A program made the translations under genes and the position numbers. Shown in pieces: positions 46,002 through 53,423 of a stretch of 59,584 nucleotides of DNA (position 1 is its first letter; each line of letters opens with the position of its first letter). Under the pieces are notes generated by a model. It did not search any database and had not been told where the DNA came from. It was given only the letters and a program-made list of their open reading frames with translations. Origin of the DNA: an uncultured Candidatus Saccharibacteria bacterium (lineage in GTDB: Bacteria; Patescibacteriota; Minisyncoccia; Phycocordibacterales; PALSA-1337); contig CAYOTK010000007.1 in the NCBI GenBank assembly GCA_964406895.1, positions 1 through 59,584 on the forward strand, in the 5' to 3' direction.

Positions 46002-49000
46002 ATGCAAACAACAAACATCAAAAAGCAGACCGATCCACATGATTTCGATATGATTCGTTTGGAATTGGCTTCTCCTGAGAAGATCCTTGAGTGGTCTTAC
46101 GGTGAGGTTACAAAACCAGAGACAATCAACTATAGAACACAGAGATCCGAAAAGAGTGGTCTATTCGATGAAAGAATATTCGGTCCAGATCGAGACTTCG
46201 AGTGTTATTGCGGTAAATATCGCGGTATTCGTTACAAAGGTATTGTCTGCGAGAAGTGCGGAGTAGAATTGACACGCTCTATTGTTCGACGTGAAAGAAT
46301 GGGTCACATAGAACTCGCAACACCTGTTTCTCATATTTGGTTCCTTAGAAATGTGCCATCAAGAATAGGTCTTATTCTCGGCATGTCTACTTCTGATCTA
46401 GAAAAGGTTGTCTATTTCGCCGGTTATATAGTAACTTCAGTCAATGAAGTTGAAAAAGAAAAATTCTTGAAAGAATTAGACAGTGAATACAAGTCAAAAG
46501 TCAAAACATCAAATGACGAGAAGACAAAAGAAGCATTGAAAGAATTGGTAGTCAGTGCCAGAAGAGAAATCGAAAGTTTGACAGTTGGCTTTGTAATGGA
46601 TGAAGTTACATATCACAAATATTCCATGAAATATGGCGCACTCTTCGAAGCGTCGATCGGTGCCGAGGCTATATATGATCTCTTGAAAAAAGTTGATATG
46701 GTCAAACTCAAAGCAGAATTAGAAAAAGCACTTGATTCTGCTAGTTCAGCTGATAGAGAGAAATTGAGTAAGCGTCTATCTTTGGTCAAGGTTATGATCA
46801 AGTCAAAATCAAGACCTGAATGGATGTTTCTTATCAGAATCCCTGTTATACCTCCAGGTTTGAGACCTATGGTTGCACTCGAAGGAGGAAGATTCGCAAC
46901 ATCAGATGTTAATGATCTCTATAGAAGAGTCATCAATCGTAACAATCGTTTGCTTAAGCTCAAAGAAATAAACGCTCCTGAAGTCATCTTGAGAAACGAA
47001 AAGAGAATTCTCCAAGAGGCCGTTGATGCTCTCATAGACAACTCAATAAGACACAGCTCTTCTGCTGGTGCCGCCGCTCTCGCTGCTCAAAAGCGTGCAT
47101 TGAAATCACTTTCAGATAGTTTGAAATCTAAGCGTGGTTTGTTCCGTCAGAACTTGCTAGGTAAGCGTGTGGACTATTCAGGTCGTTCTGTTATCGTTGT
47201 CGGTCCAGAATTGAGACTTGATCAATGTGGTCTGCCAAAGCATATGGCTTTGGAATTATTCAGGCCTTTCGTTATTTCTGGAATATTGAAGAAAGAATTG
47301 GCATATAACATAAGAGGAGCCAATCGTTTGATTGATGATGGAGCAAAAGAAGTTTGGGAAATCCTAGAAGAAGTTATCAAGGGTAAATACGTATTGTTGA
47401 ACCGCGCTCCTACTTTGCACAGACTAGGTATCCAAGCATTCCAGCCAATCTTGATAGAAGGCAATGCTATCCAAGTGCATCCTCTCGTTTGTTCTGCATT
47501 CAATGCTGACTTCGATGGTGACCAGATGGCCGTACACGTACCTTTGTCAGAGGAAGCTCAGTTGGAAGCAAAAGAAATCATGGCTTCAGACAAAAACATA
47601 TTGAAGCCTGGTAACAATGATCCAACAGTTGCAGCAAAGATGTTGGATATTGTGCTCGGATGTTTCTGGGTTACAAAGATGGTAGATATTTATCCAGATT
47701 TATCTGATTCAGAAAAAGCAAAGAAGATCAAAATATTCGAATCACCTGAAGCTGCTGTTCTCGCGAATAGTTTCAAAGAGGTGAATTTGCGTGAGAAGAT
47801 AAAAGTTTTGACTCCAAACACAGTCAAGTTTGCAAAATTCAACGGTAGTATCATAGAAACAACAGTGGGAAGAATATTGTTCAACAATGTATTGCCTACA
47901 GACTACCCATTCATCAACGAAGAAGTAGCAAGAAAGAGAATTGGTACTATTGTAGATGATATGATCAAAATACACGGTTCAGAAAATGTTGCTCCAATAC
48001 TAGATAAGATCAAATCATTCGGTTTCGGTTATGCAACATATTCGGGTACAACATGGGGTATTGATGACATAGTTATCCCTGAAGTCAAAAAAGAAATTGT
48101 TGAAAAAGCTAAGAAGAATTCAGACATTGTCGGCAAGCAATTCGACGATGGTTTGCTCACAGAAGAAGAGAGAATAAGAAAGCATATTCAGATCTGGCAG
48201 GGAGCAAAGAGTGAAGTCGAAAAAGCTATTCCTAGTTCATTGGATAAGAACGGCCCAGTTTATGACATGGTTATATCTGGTGCTAGAGGTTCATTGTCTC
48301 AGATCACACAGATGGCAGGAATGAAAGGTCTTATCTCATCAGTTTCTGGAGAAACAATCGAATTCCCGATTATATCTTGTGCAAAAGAAGGTTTGACTCC
48401 TATTGAATACTTCATTACTACGCACGGTTCAAGAAAGGGTCTAACAGATACTGCTCTGAACACTGCTAAGGCTGGTTATCTAACTCGTAAGCTATTCGTT
48501 GTGGCTCAAGATGTTGTTGTTTCAGAAGAAGATTGTGGTACCAAAGATCACATTATCATAAGGAAACAAACAGCTTCGGGCATGAATATACCGTTGTCTA
48601 AGAATATAAGAGGTAGAATATTGGCTGATGATGTTGTTGGTGCAGATTCTAAAGTTCTCTTCAAGAAAGGACATCTCATAAACAAACTTGATGCGAGCGC
48701 AATCGAAGATGCGGGTGTCACTGAAGTTAAGGTTCGTTCACCTCTATCATGTAAAACAATAAGAGGCGTTTGTGCCAATTGTTACGGACTAGATCTAGGT
48801 AAGAATTCTCGAGTAGCGTTGGGTGAAGCTGTTGGTACAGTGGCAGCACAAGCTATCGGTGAGCCAGGAACACAGCTTACAATGCGTGTCTTCCACTCTG
48901 GAGGTGCAGCTTCTCAAGGTGGAGATATTACTCAAGGTTTGCCTCGTGTTGAGGAAATCTTCGAAAAGAGAAGACCAAAGAGTCCTGCCGCGGTTGCTTC

Positions 49001-49697
49001 AGTCAATGGAACAGTCATGGATATCAAAGATTTGGGTAAAGAAAAAGTTATTTCAGTTTTGCCTGAAGTAGAGGACATGGGCAAGGGCAAGCGTGCAGAA
49101 GTTGAATATACCTTCCCATATCGCAGAACAGTTCTTGTTCGCGTAGGAGATAAGGTTAAGAAGGGCGATCTCATGACTGATGGATCTGCGGACATTGATG
49201 ATATATTCGAACATGGCGGTGAAGAAAGAGCTAAGGAATATGTTATTACTGAAGTTGGTAAAATCTATGAATTGCAAGGTGAAACTGTATCAAGAAAGCA
49301 CATTGAGCTTATCGTGAAGCAGATGTTCTCAAGAAGGAAAATTGTTGATGCAGGCGATACCAATCTCACTGAAGGCATGATTGTTGATGATATACAACTT
49401 GCAGAAGAGAATGAACAAGCAAAGCTTGCGGGTGGTAATCCTGCCAAAACAGAGAAGCTTGTGATGGGTATTACAGAAACATCACTATCAAGAAAGAGTT
49501 TCTTGTCTGCCGCTTCATTCCAGTACACCACGCGCGTCTTGATATCGAATGCTACACGCGGAGCTGTTGATGATCTAACTGGTCTTATGGAAAATGTTAT
49601 TATCGGACGATTGGTGCCTGCTGGTTCTGGTTTCGAAGGTTCTCCAAAGAAGGCAATGGTTGATGCGATCGCTCCAAAAGAAGAGGTGTTTGAGTAA
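46002..49697 (+). CDS. rpoC: DNA-directed RNA polymerase subunit beta'
   Basis: Zinc finger CYCGKYRGIRYKGIVCEKCG, NADFDGDQMAVH catalytic motif and LNRAPTLHRLGIQAF. Confidence 0.97.
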   Translation: MQTTNIKKQTDPHDFDMIRLELASPEKILEWSYGEVTKPETINYRTQRSEKSGLFDERIFGPDRDFECYCGKYRGIRYKGIVCEKCGVELTRSIVRRERMGHIELATPVSHIWFLRNVPSRIGLILGMSTSDLEKVVYFAGYIVTSVNEVEKEKFLKELDSEYKSKVKTSNDEKTKEALKELVVSARREIESLTVGFVMDEVTYHKYSMKYGALFEASIGAEAIYDLLKKVDMVKLKAELEKALDSASSADREKLSKRLSLVKVMIKSKSRPEWMFLIRIPVIPPGLRPMVALEGGRFATSDVNDLYRRVINRNNRLLKLKEINAPEVILRNEKRILQEAVDALIDNSIRHSSSAGAAALAAQKRALKSLSDSLKSKRGLFRQNLLGKRVDYSGRSVIVVGPELRLDQCGLPKHMALELFRPFVISGILKKELAYNIRGANRLIDDGAKEVWEILEEVIKGKYVLLNRAPTLHRLGIQAFQPILIEGNAIQVHPLVCSAFNADFDGDQMAVHVPLSEEAQLEAKEIMASDKNILKPGNNDPTVAAKMLDIVLGCFWVTKMVDIYPDLSDSEKAKKIKIFESPEAAVLANSFKEVNLREKIKVLTPNTVKFAKFNGSIIETTVGRILFNNVLPTDYPFINEEVARKRIGTIVDDMIKIHGSENVAPILDKIKSFGFGYATYSGTTWGIDDIVIPEVKKEIVEKAKKNSDIVGKQFDDGLLTEEERIRKHIQIWQGAKSEVEKAIPSSLDKNGPVYDMVISGARGSLSQITQMAGMKGLISSVSGETIEFPIISCAKEGLTPIEYFITTHGSRKGLTDTALNTAKAGYLTRKLFVVAQDVVVSEEDCGTKDHIIIRKQTASGMNIPLSKNIRGRILADDVVGADSKVLFKKGHLINKLDASAIEDAGVTEVKVRSPLSCKTIRGVCANCYGLDLGKNSRVALGEAVGTVAAQAIGEPGTQLTMRVFHSGGAASQGGDITQGLPRVEEIFEKRRPKSPAAVASVNGTVMDIKDLGKEKVISVLPEVEDMGKGKRAEVEYTFPYRRTVLVRVGDKVKKGDLMTDGSADIDDIFEHGGEERAKEYVITEVGKIYELQGETVSRKHIELIVKQMFSRRKIVDAGDTNLTEGMIVDDIQLAEENEQAKLAGGNPAKTEKLVMGITETSLSRKSFLSAASFQYTTRVLISNATRGAVDDLTGLMENVIIGRLVPAGSGFEGSPKKAMVDAIAPKEEVFE

Positions 49698-49827
49698 GAC
49701 ATTTCTAGGCAGTTATATTATTGCCACGAATTTATTGCAAGACATTGAGTTGCTACCGCATTCGTCATCGACCGGCCTTACATTGCTTTTGTAAACTATT
49801 AGATTTCAAATTGTCCGCGTTTGTCGA

Positions 49828-49985
49828 GGGCGGCACATAGTGTTTTGTAAAATCTCGAATAATCCACGAAGAATGTACGGTTGAATTTTCCAAATGCCGG
49901 CTGAAGCCGTGGAAGCCGGCTTTTGTGAAAATTCCCGTACATAATGAGTGGAGTTCGAGATTTTACAAAACACTATGTGCCGCCC
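49828..49985. repeat. 158-nt palindromic element with a perfect 32-bp outer stem and an imperfect inner hairpin
   Basis: GGGCGGCACATAGTGTTTTGTAAAATCTCGAA (49828-49859) is the exact reverse complement of 49954-49985. The inner arms pair imperfectly, and the apex is GCCGGCT...AGCCGGC (49896-49920). Confidence 0.85.
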
Positions 49986-50018
49986 GAAGACTAAAGCAGA
50001 AATTACTGAAACTATTCA

Positions 50019-50046
50019 TTGACAAAAGACTGCAATCGAATATCAT
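50019..50046 (+). promoter_or_regulatory. Sigma-70-like promoter candidate for dnaG-rpoD
   Basis: TTGACA (50019-50024), 16-nt spacer, TATCAT (50041-50046). Confidence 0.3.
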
Positions 50047-50073
50047 TGTAAATATCTGAAATATTTCTAAATA

Positions 50074-51858
50074 ATGAATAATCGCACCACCGTAGAACAA
50101 ATAAAGGAAAGATTACCGATCGATGAAGTTATAGGCTCTTATGTCAAATTAGAGAAGTCAGGTAAATCTCTAAAAGCTAAGTGCCCCTTTCATAATGAGA
50201 AATCCGCTTCTTTCTTCGTATCACCAGAAAGAGGAGGTTATTATTGTTTTGGTTGCGGGGCAAAAGGAGATATTTTTTCATTCGTAGAACAATTCGAAGG
50301 ATTGGATTTTCGTGGAGCCCTCAAAGTTTTGGCAGAAAGAGCTGGAGTCAAATTAGTCGCAAATGATAGAACAAACGATGAAAGAGATAAACTTTTCGAA
50401 ATCATGGAAGAAGCCACGAAATATTTCGAGAATGAATATGTCAAATCAAAAGAAGCGCAAGCATATGTTGAGAGTCGGGGCATAAAAGATGAAACCCGCA
50501 AATCATTTAGGATTTCTTGGGCTCCATTGGGCTGGAATAATGTGCACAATTACTTGAAAGGGAAGGGTTACAGTGATATTTTGCTAGAAAAAGCTGGACT
50601 AATAAAAAAGAAAGATAATTCTGATAATGCGAACGGTCCTTCAAGTTATTATGATCGTTTCCGAGGGCGCGTGATGTTTCCGATTGCTGATACAAGTGGA
50701 AGAGTCATAGCATTCTCTGGAAGAATACTCAAAGACGATGGTCAATCCGCGAAATATTTGAACAGTCCAGATACACCTTTGTATGACAAGTCAGCTATAT
50801 TATTTGGACTCGATAAGGCAAAGACCGAAATAAGAAGATTGAATTATTCAATATTGGTGGAAGGCCAAATGGATTTGGTAATGTCTCATCAGGCTGGCAT
50901 CAAAAATACTGTAGCTTCTTCGGGCACAGCATTGTCTGATGAGGGAGTAAATAAAGAAGGTATTATCAACAATCTCGGTTTGGTTCGTCGATTGTCTCCA
51001 AATGTAATAATAGCTTTTGATGCTGATCAGGCAGGGAGAAAAGCGGCAATGAGGGCTTCAGGTATTGCATTGTCTTTGGGTATGGATGTCAAAATTGCCG
51101 ATATTGTCGGAGGTAAGGATCCAGCAGATCTTGTCAAAGAAGATGTTGAGCTTTGGAGAAATGTCATCAAGCAAGCCAAGCCTGTTATAGAGTTTGAGCT
51201 TGCAAATGTACTCAAAGAAACCACCGACAGCAGAAAAGTGCCACGCGAGTTGCGTGAAAGGGTTTTTCCTTTCGTTGCTAGTATTGAGAGTTCAACTGAT
51301 AAATCATATTTCGTGAAGATGATCGCCGACCGAGCTAACATTGATGAACAAGCAATCTGGGAAGACGTGCGTGTCATAGAGAAAAAACTCAAGACTGGTT
51401 TGGGTAATGATACTAACAGTTCATCGAACATTTCGAACGCTAATAAGAATGTATATGCGAAGGAGGGTAGACTTGATCTTGTTGAGAGAAGATTGTTTGG
51501 ACTTTTGTTCCTTATGGACACATTGGATCCCGCTGCGGCTAAGGATTTTCGTTCTCACATAGAGAGAATAGCGGGTGAATCATTTGTACAGAAAATGAGT
51601 AAGGCAGAAAGTATGAAAAGTGATATTGCTTTTGAAGCCGAAGCATTTTTCGGAACAGATCAAACCAAATTCGACAATCATAAGAAAGAGTTGCTGGCCA
51701 ATTTCGAAGAAGATTTGGTAGGACAGGAACTCATTCAGGCCATGAAGAAATTGCGAGAAGCTGAAAGAGAAGGTAACAATGAAGTCGTGGCAGAAATGGC
51801 GAAAAAGTGCCAAGTTTTGTCTATGAGAAAGTCTGATATTTTGAAAAATAAGAAATGA
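50074..51858 (+). CDS. dnaG: DNA primase
   Basis: Zinc ribbon CPFHNEKSASFFVSPERGGYYCFGCGAKGD and TOPRIM motifs ILVEGQMD and AFDADQAG. Confidence 0.93.
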   Translation: MNNRTTVEQIKERLPIDEVIGSYVKLEKSGKSLKAKCPFHNEKSASFFVSPERGGYYCFGCGAKGDIFSFVEQFEGLDFRGALKVLAERAGVKLVANDRTNDERDKLFEIMEEATKYFENEYVKSKEAQAYVESRGIKDETRKSFRISWAPLGWNNVHNYLKGKGYSDILLEKAGLIKKKDNSDNANGPSSYYDRFRGRVMFPIADTSGRVIAFSGRILKDDGQSAKYLNSPDTPLYDKSAILFGLDKAKTEIRRLNYSILVEGQMDLVMSHQAGIKNTVASSGTALSDEGVNKEGIINNLGLVRRLSPNVIIAFDADQAGRKAAMRASGIALSLGMDVKIADIVGGKDPADLVKEDVELWRNVIKQAKPVIEFELANVLKETTDSRKVPRELRERVFPFVASIESSTDKSYFVKMIADRANIDEQAIWEDVRVIEKKLKTGLGNDTNSSSNISNANKNVYAKEGRLDLVERRLFGLLFLMDTLDPAAAKDFRSHIERIAGESFVQKMSKAESMKSDIAFEAEAFFGTDQTKFDNHKKELLANFEEDLVGQELIQAMKKLREAEREGNNEVVAEMAKKCQVLSMRKSDILKNKK

Positions 51859-51867
51859 TGTTTGTAT

Positions 51868-51904
51868 TTCGAGGTCGGACCTTTTCGAGGTTCGAACTCG
51901 AAAA
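51868..51904. repeat. G+C-rich repeat and hairpin cluster after dnaG
   Basis: TTCGAGGTCGGACC (51868-51881) is identical to 40932-40945. It is followed by the hairpin TTTTCGAG-GTTCGAA-CTCGAAAA (51882-51904). TCGAGGTCGGACC and TCGAGGTTCGAAC form an imperfect tandem repeat. Confidence 0.6.
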
Positions 51905-51960
51905 CAGCTTGTTTTTTTGATGATTTTACTATACACTAACCCAATAATTCATAAATCTCC

Positions 51961-53181
51961 ATGAAGAAAAACAAAACAGCGACCAAAAAGGCCCGCAGTA
52001 ATGTGAAGAATAGTAATAAAAAAACATTGAATAAAGCCACAAAAAAGGCGAGTCGCAAGAGTGTATCTGGTAAATCCATTCAAAAGGGTAAATCAAAAGC
52101 CGATGCCGCCAAGACTTTCGAGCAGAAAGCCAATGCTTTGATAAATAAAGGAAGGGATCGTGGTTTCGTGACATATGATGAGATTCTGAAAGAATTCCCA
52201 CAAATCGAGAACGACATTATGTTCCTCGATGAATTGTATGCAAAATTTGCCTCTGCCAATGTGGATGTGCTCGAAGGAGGAGGTTTGCTCGAGATAGAAG
52301 ATCTCAATCCAAAGAAAGCCGGTCACATGTCAAAAACAGGTTCAGATTCTGCATATGACTCCATTCAGATGTATTTGAAAGAAATTGGTCAATATCCGCT
52401 GATTAGTGCTTCTCAAGAAAAGGACTTGGCGAAGAGGATTCAAATAGGCGACAATGAAGCAAAGAATCTTCTTGCAAAGGCAAACTTACGTTTGGTTGTT
52501 TCAATTGCAAAGAAATACGTTGGTCGTAGTCCGGATCTCACACTTCTTGATCTTATTCAGGAAGGTAACTTGGGTCTTTTCCGCGCCGTCGATAAGTTCG
52601 ACTGGACAAAAGGCTACAAATTCTCGACTTATGCAACTTGGTGGATTCGTCAAGCCATAACACGTGCGTTAGCCGATCAGTCTCGTACGATCCGTGTGCC
52701 AGTACATATGGTTGAAACAATAGCCAAGTATAAACAGGTTGTGCGTCGTCTCATGCAAGATCTTGGACGCGAACCCTTGCCTGATGAGATTGCAACTGAG
52801 ATGGATATGGATGTAGACAAGATTTATCAGATCGAGAAGATCGAGCAAGATGTCATGTCTCTCGAAACTCCTGTCGGTGACGATGATGATGGAAAGTCTA
52901 CACTCCAAGACTTCATTCCTGATGACAAAATACTATCCCCAGACCAAGAGTCCTCACGTCGTATTTTGCGTGATCAGGTCAATATGATTCTCGGAGATCT
53001 TTCAGAAAAAGAGCGCAAAATCCTAGAAATGCGTCACGGTTTGAATGATGGCATTACTCATACTCTTGAAGAGGTGGGCCGAGAATTTGGTGTTACTCGC
53101 GAACGTATTCGACAGATTGAGGCCAAAGCGCATGAGAAGATTAGGCAGCATGACAAAATAAATAGGTTGAAGAATTATTAA
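51961..53181 (+). CDS. rpoD: RNA polymerase sigma factor RpoD (sigma-70)
   Basis: Basic N-terminal tail, [26 protein letters not shown], and region 4 [20 protein letters not shown]. Confidence 0.95.
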   Translation: MKKNKTATKKARSNVKNSNKKTLNKATKKASRKSVSGKSIQKGKSKADAAKTFEQKANALINKGRDRGFVTYDEILKEFPQIENDIMFLDELYAKFASANVDVLEGGGLLEIEDLNPKKAGHMSKTGSDSAYDSIQMYLKEIGQYPLISASQEKDLAKRIQIGDNEAKNLLAKANLRLVVSIAKKYVGRSPDLTLLDLIQEGNLGLFRAVDKFDWTKGYKFSTYATWWIRQAITRALADQSRTIRVPVHMVETIAKYKQVVRRLMQDLGREPLPDEIATEMDMDVDKIYQIEKIEQDVMSLETPVGDDDDGKSTLQDFIPDDKILSPDQESSRRILRDQVNMILGDLSEKERKILEMRHGLNDGITHTLEEVGREFGVTRERIRQIEAKAHEKIRQHDKINRLKNY

Positions 53182-53213
53182 TTATATTTTTCAGGTTTAT
53201 TATGAATAGTTCC

Positions 53214-53381
53214 GAAATGGGGCGGTACTTTTGTTTTGGAAACCACGATCAATCCCATCGACAAGAGGGGAAGAGTCGATGGGATTGTCTCTTCGCAGCG
53301 CCATCTGAAAAAGGTGACGCAATCGTTTCGTACATGGCGCTTTGCGAAGGGGTTTCCAAAACAAAAGTACCGCCCCATTTC
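53214..53381 (+). ncRNA. Full copy of an unclassified structured element with a perfect 31-bp stem and a 106-nt conserved core
   Basis: 53214-53244 is the exact reverse complement of 53351-53381. The core 53245-53350 folds into a 13-bp helix (53250-62/53275-87) with a 12-nt purine loop, and a 14-bp helix with a UU bulge (53291-304/53333-348). It is the same length as, and highly similar to, the core at 57827-57932. Confidence 0.8.
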
Positions 53382-53423
53382 TGCTGTATTTGTACTTGTA
53401 TTTATGAGCTGTATAATAAATGA

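Noticed and set aside
53214-53381. Interpreting the stem+core element as a retron msr-msd, an IS605/IscB-type guide RNA, a hammerhead ribozyme or an integron attC site.
   Set aside because: There is no reverse transcriptase, TnpA/TnpB/IscB or integrase gene anywhere in the window. The CUGA(G/A)A(G/A) string does not fit the hammerhead CUGANGA core. attC sites are shorter and lack such a conserved core. None of these can be fully excluded without searches.
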